Shown here: positions 8,378 through 18,719 of the stretch, piece after piece | Layout of the letters: each line of letters starts with the position of its first letter | Position numbering within the stretch: the first letter of the stretch is position 1 | Virus record (IMG/VR): IMGVR_UViG_2903405734_000002 | Coordinates: 1-64,000 of that record | Reading direction: 5' to 3' (one strand) | From: a virus | Lineage: Duplodnaviria > Heunggongvirae > Uroviricota > Caudoviricetes | DNA: 64,000 nt | The notes under the pieces: generated by a model | Seen by the model: only the letters and a program-made list of their open reading frames with translations | Databases searched by the model: none | What the model was told of the DNA's origin: nothing | Made by a program: the position numbers and the translations under genes

Positions 8378-10345
8378 TCAAACTGGGCGAGATGGCTCTT
8401 CCATGCCACAAGCATAGTTCTCTGCCATGAGCAGGTATGGAGCCCATTTGAGGTATTCCTGCCTGGTTCTCGGGTCAGAGAAGAACCGCTTGTAGTCACC
8501 CTTCTGGTAAGCAGACGCATTCAAAAGCATCGAGAACGGAACTGTGATTGAGTCCTTGATTTTTTTATCGTAGTAGTCACGACCCATGTAGTTTACCGAT
8601 GGCTCTCGATACCATGTGAATACAGCCTTGCCTGTCTTCATCTGTTTGGATGCAATAGCGAGCTTTCCAGGGCCTTCATTGTTCGCGGGAATGTATCGGT
8701 CGAGCTCTCTGAGCTCATCGCCGTAGGCAGACCTTAATCGCCGTTTATTCTCTCGATCTGTCTCTCTCTGGACAAAAGCCTCATGCTGTCCAACGAAAAC
8801 TGACTCGCTGGTGATTTTGTCATTGAGTGCGGCCCTGAATGCTTCAAAGTCAGGCTTTTCCCCTGAGTAGAGGACGTATTCCGCATCATAGATCAGCTTG
8901 ATGTGCTTGATGAAGTCACTGGGCTTAGACAGGGAGATCCGGCCATGAGGGCTAAGTGCCTCCGAACGGTCTAACAGACCCTGCAACACAACAGAGACCT
9001 TGTTGTATTTTTTGATCTTGTCTGAGAAATACTGATTGATCTCATCAAAGTAGACGTTTTGGTTGTCAAAGGCTTGATATCTGCCATGACGGATATCATC
9101 AAACAGGCTACTGTGGTGTCGATCAATATCTCCTGCTTTTTTGCTTTCTTCAATCTGCGTCAGAACCTGCTCGTACTCGCGAACAGTAATGACGTTTTTG
9201 ACCTTGCCACAGAACATATAAACCATCACTGGTTCGTTAATGAAACCATCATCAGATGGGAAGATCATCTCATCAAAATCCAACATCGTTGAAATTCGAT
9301 AGATTTTCTCTCCATTTCTGACGTAGAGGAAGGTTTGCTCATCCTGCTTTTCCAGGCTGAATCTTACAAACGCATGGATTGAGTTGTCATAGCTTTTTGT
9401 TTTTCTTCTTACCTTGAAGGCAACAACGGTCTTCGAAAATGGCAGCAGCCTTTCTGCGTTCCCATTTCGGCAGAGCCAGCGATCAAACTCAGAGATTTTT
9501 GTAAATGACATGCCGCCTGCATCGTAGTCCAGCAGACACTCCTCATCCATATACAGCCTGCGCTGCATCACATGGATCATCTCATCAGCTCCAGCTGGGA
9601 TGCCGTCTCTCACAAGAACAGTGTCCTCATCAATCCCTGCATACAGACCAACATCCTCAATACGATCATCAATCTTCTTCATGTCATTTTTGATTGATTG
9701 CATCATTGCGGATGGGATCATGGTGCTTGCAAGCACCCACTTTGTGATGACCTGGCAGGTACGCTCAAGATCACCCTGCATGCTTGGCAGAGTCTTCTCT
9801 TTAAAGACGATCATCTCACCCTTGAATGCATTCACATCCATCACATCAGACAGGACTGCAATGCCAGTAGATGAGGACTCCTGAATAGGGGAGGGAAGGG
9901 ACTTGCCGGAAACAAAGCTCGAAACATCACCACTTACCTGCAAACCAAACTTCGCAGCAAGAAGAGATATCTGCCCAAGGATAGCCTTTGATTTCTCCTG
10001 TCCAGCATTGATGAAGTCCTGGATGATTTGCTCATGGCAGGGCTCAAAAATTAGTTGCTCAAACGCATCAGAAAACAACACTCGCTTGTGAAGCGATGAC
10101 AATCTCGCGCCGCTAGGCTCATTCAGCTCAATGAAGTTACTCCCGATGTGAGTGATGCACATGAGGAAGTAGTGGTTATCACCAATTTTCTTTGTGATGT
10201 GCTCGCCGCGACCATCGTCATTCCAAACCGCTTTGGCCCAGTGCCACTGACCAATGAAGAAAATGCCTTTATCTCCGTCTTTCTCAAGGAGGTGACCCTC
10301 ATTTTCCGAAATGACTGAATGTGAAACAGCATGTTTGTCGTTCAT
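8378..10345 (-). CDS. hypothetical large protein (655 aa)
   Basis: Long ORF. Start moved to MNDKHAV (ATG 10345), which follows AGGAG at good spacing. The upstream in-frame extension lacks an RBS. Confidence 0.6.
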   Translation of the reverse strand: MNDKHAVSHSVISENEGHLLEKDGDKGIFFIGQWHWAKAVWNDDGRGEHITKKIGDNHYFLMCITHIGSNFIELNEPSGARLSSLHKRVLFSDAFEQLIFEPCHEQIIQDFINAGQEKSKAILGQISLLAAKFGLQVSGDVSSFVSGKSLPSPIQESSSTGIAVLSDVMDVNAFKGEMIVFKEKTLPSMQGDLERTCQVITKWVLASTMIPSAMMQSIKNDMKKIDDRIEDVGLYAGIDEDTVLVRDGIPAGADEMIHVMQRRLYMDEECLLDYDAGGMSFTKISEFDRWLCRNGNAERLLPFSKTVVAFKVRRKTKSYDNSIHAFVRFSLEKQDEQTFLYVRNGEKIYRISTMLDFDEMIFPSDDGFINEPVMVYMFCGKVKNVITVREYEQVLTQIEESKKAGDIDRHHSSLFDDIRHGRYQAFDNQNVYFDEINQYFSDKIKKYNKVSVVLQGLLDRSEALSPHGRISLSKPSDFIKHIKLIYDAEYVLYSGEKPDFEAFRAALNDKITSESVFVGQHEAFVQRETDRENKRRLRSAYGDELRELDRYIPANNEGPGKLAIASKQMKTGKAVFTWYREPSVNYMGRDYYDKKIKDSITVPFSMLLNASAYQKGDYKRFFSDPRTRQEYLKWAPYLLMAENYACGMEEPSRPV

Positions 10346-10585
10346 TGGTAGCTCCTGATTAAATTCAATGGACTTATTATACAATAAAATAAATAACAAG
10401 CAATATCTTAATGGCATTTTGATGCAGTTAAGAGCGTCTCCGAGACACAAATGTGTGCAGATGATTGGATTTAATGAGTGCCATGCACTAAAAGGTGTAT
10501 CCCACACCCATCCCAGAGCATAGGTTTACTTATGTGTCTCGTGCCAACTCGTTTGGGACTCTGGAACACATAGCAAAAAAAACCA

Positions 10586-11023
10586 TTGACCCATCAATTT
10601 TCGTTGTATAGGATGTTAAACAACATAAGCAACTCAAGGTTTCTCAAAGACATGATTAAGCGACCCAGAACTGCAATTTCAACAGCAATCATTATCGTGA
10701 GAGCAATGAAAAAACGTAATAAGGATTCAGCGCTAACTCGATGCCAGCTGTCTTTGAAGGGGCTTTGTCAGGTTGCCAACAGGGATGTAGTAGATACGAA
10801 TTTTATGGCGAATCTTGCTTCTGAGCTTTACGCCAGGGGGTTCTGCCTGTTTCAAATTTCTAACACCACTTATGGCTTGATTATGGTTGAGTCGGCGGCA
10901 GGTTTTAGAAAAGTTAGTGGTGATCAAATCCTATCTTTAGGTCAAAAGGAGACTCAAAATGAAAGCATACCGACACTGCTTGATCGTGAAACTCTTCCAG
11001 ATCAAAAGCAAAACCTTGCGTAA
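10586..11023 (+). CDS. hypothetical protein (145 aa), possible 5' part of a frameshifted gene
   Basis: ORF overlaps the next ORF by 65 nt in a different frame. Confidence 0.3.
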   Translation: MTHQFSLYRMLNNISNSRFLKDMIKRPRTAISTAIIIVRAMKKRNKDSALTRCQLSLKGLCQVANRDVVDTNFMANLASELYARGFCLFQISNTTYGLIMVESAAGFRKVSGDQILSLGQKETQNESIPTLLDRETLPDQKQNLA

Positions 11024-11351
11024 AAACATTGCAAGCCTGATCAGAAATATCAATATGGGCTTGAAATCAAAAGGATTCGCTGACAATAAGGGCCTTACCG
11101 ACAAGGCAATTGAGAGTCTGCATGGATTTTTCTGGTATTTTGATGACAAAAAAACCAAGGATGAGGCAGAGCGCCAGATCAATGAGCTAATCAAATCAGC
11201 TCATGCAAAACGCATCGGAATTCAATCAACCATAAGAAAGACAAGGATCAAGGGTAGTTTTTGCAAGCGAATCCTTTTGCCGTCTGCATCAAGAAATAAT
11301 GTGGTTGTTTTCCCACCTGCCTCTACAAGAGATATGGAGCCTTGCCACTAA
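10959..11351 (+). CDS. hypothetical basic protein (130 aa)
   Basis: ORF followed directly by a strong terminator at 11357-11390. Confidence 0.4.
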   Translation: MKAYRHCLIVKLFQIKSKTLRKNIASLIRNINMGLKSKGFADNKGLTDKAIESLHGFFWYFDDKKTKDEAERQINELIKSAHAKRIGIQSTIRKTRIKGSFCKRILLPSASRNNVVVFPPASTRDMEPCH

Positions 11352-11356
11352 TCCCC

Positions 11357-11390
11357 AAAAAAGCCACCAGACACATCGGTGGCTTTTTTA
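11357..11390 (+). terminator. Rho-independent terminator
   Basis: aaaaaagccaccag-acacatc-ggtggctttttta. Confidence 0.75.
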
Positions 11391-11457
11391 TTGTAACATT
11401 CCGCACTCAAAAGTATAATTAGCAGATAGGCGAGAATAATAATAACAAGAGGCGACA

Positions 11458-12129
11458 ATGCTTAACGAAAAACAATTTTTGTCCAAAGAGTATGTGGACG
11501 GACTGATAGAGACAGGAAAGTGGAGCAGTCATGGCTCAGACGTTCACAGACTTATCGAGGATGAGCTATTAGAGTCACTTCCAGAACATCTTCAAGAAAT
11601 GGATGCGGATGATTCGCTAAGGCACTCAGATTTTAGACCAATTTTGTGCAATTGGTTGTCAGCCAGATTTAATAAGTGCAAAAAAGACATAGTGGAAGAG
11701 CTCAAGTCTAATAGAGATGAAAATTGCCTCTATTCGATAACAAGAACCATTATGTGCAACGAAGAATTAATTCATAAAATAAAGACAGAAGATTTTGACA
11801 TCGGACGGTTTTGGACGGTAATGAAGTATTATGAATTCATCGACAGAAATCCAGATAACGAAAGTTTGTTCGAGGTTACGGTTGAGGCAAAAGTTGCCTT
11901 ATCTGACATAGATCTTGTAGAAACAATGAGATCAAGAATGGATTATTCAAACGGTGATGAAGAGGCAGAGATTTACATAAAAAATGGTGCGCAGCCACTT
12001 TTTATGAGTTATGCAGTTGTTACGCCGGATGGTGACTACTTAGGTGAGTTTGATTGTGATAAGACCAAGGACAGGTATTTAAACTTCACCAAGAAGGCCA
12101 GAACGCCGGAGCTTGAGGCTTCATACTAA
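11458..12129 (+). CDS. hypothetical protein (223 aa)
   Basis: ORF with AT-rich upstream promoter region, followed by terminator 12127-12158. Confidence 0.55.
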   Translation: MLNEKQFLSKEYVDGLIETGKWSSHGSDVHRLIEDELLESLPEHLQEMDADDSLRHSDFRPILCNWLSARFNKCKKDIVEELKSNRDENCLYSITRTIMCNEELIHKIKTEDFDIGRFWTVMKYYEFIDRNPDNESLFEVTVEAKVALSDIDLVETMRSRMDYSNGDEEAEIYIKNGAQPLFMSYAVVTPDGDYLGEFDCDKTKDRYLNFTKKARTPELEASY

Positions 12130-12157
12130 AAAGAGGCTCGCTTAAAGCGAGCCTTTC

Positions 12158-13003
12158 TTAGTAGCTCAATCCTGACTCATGAACGCTCTTGAGTGCTTGC
12201 CTCATGGCCTTGTTAGATCTTTTCACTTCGTCAATATCTGTAATTCTTTCTTTTGCCTTGAACTCACCTTTCTCATCCATGATAGCAAGGGTCTGGAAAA
12301 ATTCTTTATTCAGAGTGCTGATATAAGTTCCTTTATTGAAGGAGCCTACCGAGTAAAGATCAAGATTATGAATGGCTCGCCCTTCAAGCCTTTTGGTAAT
12401 ATATTCGTGATCAATCTTGCCAGTGAAAAAATCCAATTTCAGCCTGGTTGATTCCCTGAGTTCGTTGAAAAGTGTAGTGCTTGTTGGCTCAATTGCAAAT
12501 GCAACGCCAGGATGAGAACCAACCTTCCAAATTGGCAACCTCATCAGTGTATCAGCGGTTTGCCCCATTGTAGATATGGGTGGCTCAGTCATTCTCAAGA
12601 TGCCATCATTAAGCTCAAAGAAGTCACCTGTATCTAATTTTTTATCAAAGGGAGCACTGGTAAAGGCACCATAGATAAGAAATGCTCTCTGAGTATCATT
12701 TTCTGCTATAGGGATAAATCTGCAAGCTGATACCCCAGGTGTTCCAATGCTAGTCCAGCACTCATGGCTTAAATGGCTGCCAATACAACCCTGCTCATAA
12801 TACTCTGGTTTGCCATTTAATTTATAGTTTCCATCAACAATAAAGCCACCGTTGTTACCAAAAAGATATTCAGTACCTTCTTGAATGAATTCAGAGCTAT
12901 TTTTATCCAGGGTTATTGTTCCAGATATAAATCCACGCCCATCTGAATTAACAATTCTTTGAAAAAGATGAGCATGCCTTACGTTTGACACATTATTGTT
13001 CAT
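12158..13003 (-). CDS. hypothetical protein (281 aa)
   Basis: ORF sharing a bidirectional terminator with the 11458 gene. Confidence 0.55.
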   Translation of the reverse strand: MNNNVSNVRHAHLFQRIVNSDGRGFISGTITLDKNSSEFIQEGTEYLFGNNGGFIVDGNYKLNGKPEYYEQGCIGSHLSHECWTSIGTPGVSACRFIPIAENDTQRAFLIYGAFTSAPFDKKLDTGDFFELNDGILRMTEPPISTMGQTADTLMRLPIWKVGSHPGVAFAIEPTSTTLFNELRESTRLKLDFFTGKIDHEYITKRLEGRAIHNLDLYSVGSFNKGTYISTLNKEFFQTLAIMDEKGEFKAKERITDIDEVKRSNKAMRQALKSVHESGLSY

Positions 13004-13012
13004 TATTATTCC

Positions 13013-13546
13013 TTATCTTGATAAGCCAGATGGCTCATTCTCATATGAAAGCCTGAATTTATGCTCAGGATACGCCAATGCTTTAAATGTTTCATGAAAA
13101 CGAATATTTTCTGGAACATCTTTATCTTTTGTGAATAGTTCCCACATGTCTTTACTTGAATACCCGTTCAGGTTTCTTGCATTGTCATGCTTATAAGCAA
13201 GGAAAAACTTAAGGTGAGGGTTTTTTCTTGCGCAATCATAAAGTTCATCAATATTTTCACTAATTTGTTTAGGCGAAACACTTCTGTATCCGGTCTTGTC
13301 ATATTGAATACCAGTCTCTTTCTCGATAAAGCCAGCAGTTAGATTCTTGGTGATCAATCCATACGTGTTTCCGACAATCCCTCTGCCACCACCATAAGCC
13401 TTGGCTCCAAACTGTCTAGCAACCTTGGCAGCTCCAAGACCATTTCTGAATTCTGGGTTCGCGCCATAAACAAAAATATTATTCCCCGTCATTGCCGAAA
13501 TTTCTTTCCCTTTCCAAAACCTGTAATGTACCATCCAGACCCCCAA
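13013..13546 (-). CDS. hypothetical protein (177 aa), Gly-rich N-terminal motif
   Basis: ORF 10 bp upstream of the 12158 gene. N-terminal FVYGANPEFRNGLGAAKVARQFGAKAYGGGRG is reminiscent of Rossmann-like nucleotide-binding loops, but unassigned. Confidence 0.5.
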   Translation of the reverse strand: MGVWMVHYRFWKGKEISAMTGNNIFVYGANPEFRNGLGAAKVARQFGAKAYGGGRGIVGNTYGLITKNLTAGFIEKETGIQYDKTGYRSVSPKQISENIDELYDCARKNPHLKFFLAYKHDNARNLNGYSSKDMWELFTKDKDVPENIRFHETFKALAYPEHKFRLSYENEPSGLSR

Positions 13547-13914
13547 AAGCTTTTATCTTGTTATTATACCGCAAAATAAATAAGCAAAAAACAGCTATCG
13601 TAAAAAACCTCGAATTCAAATATTTCTGATTTGCACAGTTCCTGTGCATTGAAGCCAGGGGTTTTTGACCTCTCTTTGGTTTTTTCTACTTTTTTTAATT
13701 CTGACTATTGCCATCATATTTAATTTGCGCTATATTAAATCCGTACTGTGTGCAAACGCGAAATGGAGAGCGGCCAGTAAACGGAGCTGGTGAAGAGTAA
13801 AATCGAAATCTTTGATGACAAGCGGTAATTTGCAGATGCAGACTTGAGGTGTGGAGAACGTTTCAAGGTTGGTGCGCGTTTTAAGCTTTGTCATACTGGG
13901 TAGTAATGCCCCCA

Positions 13915-13957
13915 GGTAAGATTATTGTCGGTTCGAGCCCGACTGCACACGCCAAAT
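13915..13957 (+). other. tRNA-like 3' fragment (T-arm plus acceptor plus CCA) inside an 800-bp non-coding region
   Basis: gtcgg-ttcgagc-ccgac, then tgcacac-g-cca. A perfect complementary 5' acceptor half, GTGTGCA, lies about 200 nt upstream at about 13747. Confidence 0.35.
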
Positions 13958-14343
13958 TCATAAGCATATGAGTTATAAGGTTTTTTCTTATGTGCTAAAT
14001 GTTAATACAGTTATTTGAACTACTTTATCCACAGAAAATGTGGATAACATTACATAAAACAATGCAACAGGGCCTGGCAAGCCCTGATTTTTGCATCCTA
14101 AAAAGAAGGCAGACAAAATGCACAATATGATAAACAGAATCAAGAAGAAAAAATCCAGTAAAATTGTAAGAAACACAAAAGGGGCTGTGGAGATAGCTCT
14201 GATCTTCGGCATTATTGCGCTGGTTATCCAACAGTGGGGCCAGGCAGTAGAGAGGATAGGGTAGCAAACTGGGAATAATTCCGCACTTGTGCGGGAATAA
14301 TTAAAAGCGACAAAAGATCTTATTCTAATGTCGCTTTTATTAA

Positions 14344-14760
14344 TTAAACAGAAAGAACACCTTCCGAAATTACCTTTTCTGCAATCATTGCGTCCTCCTC
14401 AGAGGTAAAACCAAATTCTATTCTTTGTGTTGTCTTTTCCCTTTCCATTCCAAAGACAAGTATTTCAACCATTCCACCTTTATCTTTTGATTCGGATTTT
14501 GTTATGGAATACATTTGTATTTTTTTGTAAGGAATAGATGTGCAGTCAATTTTCTTGCCTATCATCCCAGATTTGCTGGAAACGATAATTCTTTTGTTGG
14601 TAAGAAATACACAAGCATCAATTTCTTTGCTTGCTACTAAAATCTCTTCACCTGGAATCATTAAATGTTCCACTAAGCTCTTGTGCTCTGGATTAATCAC
14701 CAGTGCCTTAATATACCACGAATTAAAATCTAACATTTTAAACTCCAAAAACAACCCCAC
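14344..14760 (-). CDS. hypothetical protein, possible bacterial PH (bPH)-like domain
   Basis: 138 aa. Terminator hairpin at 14302-14338 downstream. Confidence 0.45.
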   Translation of the reverse strand: MGLFLEFKMLDFNSWYIKALVINPEHKSLVEHLMIPGEEILVASKEIDACVFLTNKRIIVSSKSGMIGKKIDCTSIPYKKIQMYSITKSESKDKGGMVEILVFGMEREKTTQRIEFGFTSEEDAMIAEKVISEGVLSV

Positions 14761-14787
14761 CTTGGGTGGGGTTATTATAGTTATTGC

Positions 14788-16788
14788 TTAGAATGGAATC
14801 AAGTCATCTCTATCGTGTGATTTTGACTGTTGCTCTTGCCTGGCTGTCTTATCAATTTCGCCAAGCACTTTCCCATCTGACACGCTCTTGAGCATTTCAT
14901 AAACGCTGTCGAACTCCATTGCCTTCTTGGTTAGCGCAATCTCCATCTTAATGGCTGCCAGCTCATGATCTTTTGCGATTGACGGGTGATCACCACCACA
15001 AAAATCGTGACAGGCAAATGCATTAAAAACAGGCTCTTTGCTAGTGAGATCAGCATTTTTCTTGGAGATATGTGATACAGGAATAACACTGATCAGTGAG
15101 TGGAACTCCTTGCCGTTTTCGGTTGAGGTTGCCTTAAACAAAATCTCTTTCCTCGAAGACAGTGCCTTCCATGAATCAATTGAAATTTGCCTTCTTGTTA
15201 GCTCTTCCGCACCAATATCAGCGGTTTCCCTAATTGACCTGACAAGTGCAGAGTCAGCAAAAAGAGAATCCCTCTTGTTGGTGATTTCCTGCAAGGTGAT
15301 TTTGCCGTTCTTTTCTTGATAGATGTCGCAATTAAAGAATTCCTTGCTGTTCAGCTCAGAATCTGTAACTGTTCCGATAACTGGCTTAATATCAACCGCT
15401 GGGAATTTCTTCCACAGGTAGGCATCAATGTCATCACACTTATCATGCGTCATTTCAGAAACAGCATCTAGGGTGATCTCATCCTTAATAAGACTGTTCA
15501 AGAATAGCTCTTTCTTGTTGTCAATTGCATAAGAAATATTGTCTACCGCCCCTACAAACTTCTCTTTATTTGAGCCAGAAAGCGCATTCAAAATTCCGAA
15601 GTTAAAGTCATGAATCTTGACATATTTTTCAATAAAACCATCAACCTCTTTCTGGGATGAGAAATTAAGATCTTTGTTGAAGCAAATCTCAACAGCAGCC
15701 TGTATCCTTGCCCTTGATGGATTAGGAGAATTCAGTTCAAAATCAGAGATGTTGAGCTCATTGAAGTATTTGCTCATAACCTTGTTTGACTCTGTTCCTC
15801 CATTAAATGCATCATAAACCCTGCTAAAGGCAGAGTATGCGCCTTCAATTTCATTTGGAATGTAAAGATACATCTCGTTCCGAGATGCAAAGTCCAGTGT
15901 GTTTGCACATGAATTCTTAGGATTCAGTGTCACAAATCTTTTTTTCTCTGTGTGCGGCCCTTGGAATGGATCTTCACCAAGTTCTTTGCTCTCCACATCC
16001 AAGAAAACAGTCTCTTTCGTCCAGTATTTTGAAAGCCTATCTTCCAGCTTTGCATATCTTTCCTGGTAGATGCCGGAGAAGAGATTACCAGGAACAAATG
16101 TATCATTCTTTTTCTGGTATTCGTTCACAATCCCCTTAATGGTTTGAAGCTTGCGCAGCTCCTCTTTTTCATTAAAGAATACATTTCCCATGTCACTGGC
16201 TTTGTTAAGCAGCCTGACGGACGTATGAATAGGGGTTCCGCACCACGAAGCCTTGAGCTGCCTTGTGTAAATGAAATCCTGAAACTCTGGAGTCCAGCAC
16301 ACAGTCCTTTCACGAACATCAAGTGCTACCTGTACAGCATTAATGTCAAATGATTTGATGATTGTTTTGGCAAGATCTAAGCCTTGAATCCCTGATGTGG
16401 AAATGTGAATGTTGTTGATTCTTTCGTTTTCAGGGACAGTGCTTGATGCAATGATTTGATATGTAGACTTAGGGAACGGGCCTGTCATCAACTCATTTGC
16501 AAAGCTTGATTCGATGGTCAATCCTCCACCTACATCAGATCTTACAAGATTTGTTCCTGCACCATCTTTTACATCATAATCACGATTCTCAAAGGCCCCA
16601 CGCAGGAATACATCAAGATCCTTGTATCTGCCCTGAACTGGAAGCCCTACAACTTCATAGAGTGCAGATGCAACTGCTTGACCAGCAAAAATTCCACCGA
16701 TAGGAAGCTGACCAAACTTCTCTTCCAGCACATCCATGATTTTATTGAACAAAACCTTATTGTTCCATTTTTCAAGATCGTACATCAT
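14788..16788 (-). CDS. hypothetical large protein (666 aa), possible pol-beta-like nucleotidyltransferase N-terminus
   Basis: N-terminal GGIFAGQAV...RYKDLDVFL loosely resembles hG[GS]...D[IL]D nucleotidyltransferase motifs; weak. Terminator 14747-14776 downstream. Confidence 0.5.
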   Translation of the reverse strand: MMYDLEKWNNKVLFNKIMDVLEEKFGQLPIGGIFAGQAVASALYEVVGLPVQGRYKDLDVFLRGAFENRDYDVKDGAGTNLVRSDVGGGLTIESSFANELMTGPFPKSTYQIIASSTVPENERINNIHISTSGIQGLDLAKTIIKSFDINAVQVALDVRERTVCWTPEFQDFIYTRQLKASWCGTPIHTSVRLLNKASDMGNVFFNEKEELRKLQTIKGIVNEYQKKNDTFVPGNLFSGIYQERYAKLEDRLSKYWTKETVFLDVESKELGEDPFQGPHTEKKRFVTLNPKNSCANTLDFASRNEMYLYIPNEIEGAYSAFSRVYDAFNGGTESNKVMSKYFNELNISDFELNSPNPSRARIQAAVEICFNKDLNFSSQKEVDGFIEKYVKIHDFNFGILNALSGSNKEKFVGAVDNISYAIDNKKELFLNSLIKDEITLDAVSEMTHDKCDDIDAYLWKKFPAVDIKPVIGTVTDSELNSKEFFNCDIYQEKNGKITLQEITNKRDSLFADSALVRSIRETADIGAEELTRRQISIDSWKALSSRKEILFKATSTENGKEFHSLISVIPVSHISKKNADLTSKEPVFNAFACHDFCGGDHPSIAKDHELAAIKMEIALTKKAMEFDSVYEMLKSVSDGKVLGEIDKTARQEQQSKSHDRDDLIPF

Positions 16789-17090
16789 ATTTATTTAACA
16801 CCTTGTTTTGTCATAACTTTTATCATTATACCACCACCACAACAATTAATTAAATAAAATAAATTATTGTTGGCAAAATAAATCACACCTTCACATGATT
16901 GTTTTGGATTTTAAATATTTATTTATCCGAATAACTTTCCGTTTGCTTGATTTTTTATTAGGTTTGGCGTTCTTATCTTGTATAAATCATCATCAAACCG
17001 TGTGAATAGATGATTATTTGTTTGAATAATAAGGTTGTGATGGTAATATGGCAGCACCTATAACAATAACAATGAAGCCATAATAATAAC

Positions 17091-18686
17091 ATGAAAAAGA
17101 ACAGTGGTTTTACTCTTTTAGAGCTACTCTTGGTGATTGGCCTGTCTACAGCCATAGCCGTTGTGGCCTTTCAGGACAAAATGCTTGAGACCGAGCAGTC
17201 ACAGGCAAGACAGCTTGGTATGGAGCTCTTTCAGTACAACTCCGCCGTACAAAACTATCTTGCTCATGAATCAGGAAACAAGAATCCGGCATCTTTGAAC
17301 GGGGTAAAGCACAGTGGTGTAAACTGGCTTAAATCCTCATCATCCTGTAGTGGCGGCCAGGCTGTGAAGGAGTGGCTTGCCTGTAGATTCCTTCAAGCGC
17401 AAGGTGGAAAAACCACTTTTGGTCGCCTGTCTTTCAACACAACCCTCTCGTTCTCAAGCTCTGAGGGTTTGAGTGCAACAACAGTGGTTAGCCCGCTTGA
17501 GTTCAATAAAAATGGGGTGATGGAGAGAAGGGGTGATCTGAGTGGGTTGGCGGCTCTCGTTGCTTCTGGTGCTTATTCGGTTAAGGACAAACCTATGGCG
17601 GCCAACTCTCAGGATAGCTCCATCGTTTACTGCCCAGAAACCGCATCAAAATCGCCGAGCATGGCCGCGATTTGTAATGGCAGGGATGGGTCTATTGTGA
17701 TGTTTAGCCGCAACTTGAGCGAGTCTGATAGATGGCTTCGCGTTGATCATGGCAACGTGATGCAAAACACTCTTGAATTCCGCACTGGCAGTACAACTCC
17801 TGAGTCCCTTTCTGAGATCCAAAAGATTGACTCTGTTGCTCGTCAAATCCGCAACGTTGCCAGGATATACAACCTTGGCGATGGCAATACCAACGGAGAA
17901 AATGACAATCTTTATCTTGGAAAAAGAAAAGGCGAGTTCGCCAAAACATCTGCGACACTTAAAAGTGACGCTGTAATTGTTGATGCTGATCAGGAGATTC
18001 TTGGGAAGTTAATTGTCCAAAGTGATGTTATTGCAAGAGGAAATATAACATCTGAGAAGGACATTCTTGCCAAGGGCAACATAACATCTGAGAAGGATGT
18101 TCTTGCTAAGGGCAACATAACAGCTGAAAAGGATATTCTTGCAATTGGAAACATTACCTCTAAGGGCGGTCTAAAAGTAGATAAAGATGCCTTAATAAGT
18201 GGCAATACGACCACATCAAAAATAATTGATGCTAATGACGGAAACTACTATGTTGACATGAATGGATCATCAAAACTAAATGTTCTTGTTGCAAATCAGA
18301 TAGAATCAACAGGATTTATTCTTCCTGGCGCATTTAAACCAGGAGAAAACTGTTCAAGAAATGGGGCTATTGGCAGAAACTCAGCAACTAATGGGCCTAT
18401 GCTTTGTGTTAACAATAAATGGGAAAGTAATGAATCCAAGATAGGGCCTTGGGTTGCTTATAGTCCAAATGTAACCTATACAGCCCCATCAGATGGTTTT
18501 ATCACTGCTAAGACACGGCACAACAATTGGGTTTCTATATCTGTTGGTGGTTCAGAGCGCTGCCATGTTGCAGCACGAGATAAATACGGCCAAGGACAGG
18601 TAAGCTGTACAAGCATTGTTGCCAAAGGAGAGAAATTCAGGGTTACTGGTGGCATTCAATATATTTATTTCAGGCAGATCGGGTAA
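17091..18686 (+). CDS. large type IV pilin-domain protein (paralogue 1 of 3)
   Basis: Prepilin leader MKKNSG|FTLLELLLVIG with E+5. Contains an internal 33-bp (11-aa) AKGNITSEKDIL repeat x3.5. Cys-containing C-terminal domain. Confidence 0.8.
   Translation: MKKNSGFTLLELLLVIGLSTAIAVVAFQDKMLETEQSQARQLGMELFQYNSAVQNYLAHESGNKNPASLNGVKHSGVNWLKSSSSCSGGQAVKEWLACRFLQAQGGKTTFGRLSFNTTLSFSSSEGLSATTVVSPLEFNKNGVMERRGDLSGLAALVASGAYSVKDKPMAANSQDSSIVYCPETASKSPSMAAICNGRDGSIVMFSRNLSESDRWLRVDHGNVMQNTLEFRTGSTTPESLSEIQKIDSVARQIRNVARIYNLGDGNTNGENDNLYLGKRKGEFAKTSATLKSDAVIVDADQEILGKLIVQSDVIARGNITSEKDILAKGNITSEKDVLAKGNITAEKDILAIGNITSKGGLKVDKDALISGNTTTSKIIDANDGNYYVDMNGSSKLNVLVANQIESTGFILPGAFKPGENCSRNGAIGRNSATNGPMLCVNNKWESNESKIGPWVAYSPNVTYTAPSDGFITAKTRHNNWVSISVGGSERCHVAARDKYGQGQVSCTSIVAKGEKFRVTGGIQYIYFRQIG
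18046..18180 (+). repeat. In-frame 33-bp coding tandem repeat (about 3.5 copies)
   Basis: aagggcaacataacatctgagaaggatgttcttgct-like units encoding (A)KGNITSEKDIL. Confidence 0.7.
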
Positions 18687-18719
18687 TCCCCTTTGCAGCA
18701 TATTTAATTAGGGGACTTA

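Noticed and set aside
13988-14267. Two small overlapping minus-strand ORFs (74 and 80 aa) in the 800-bp intergenic region
   Set aside because: Mutually overlapping, hydrophobic low-complexity products, no RBS. Region better explained as non-coding.
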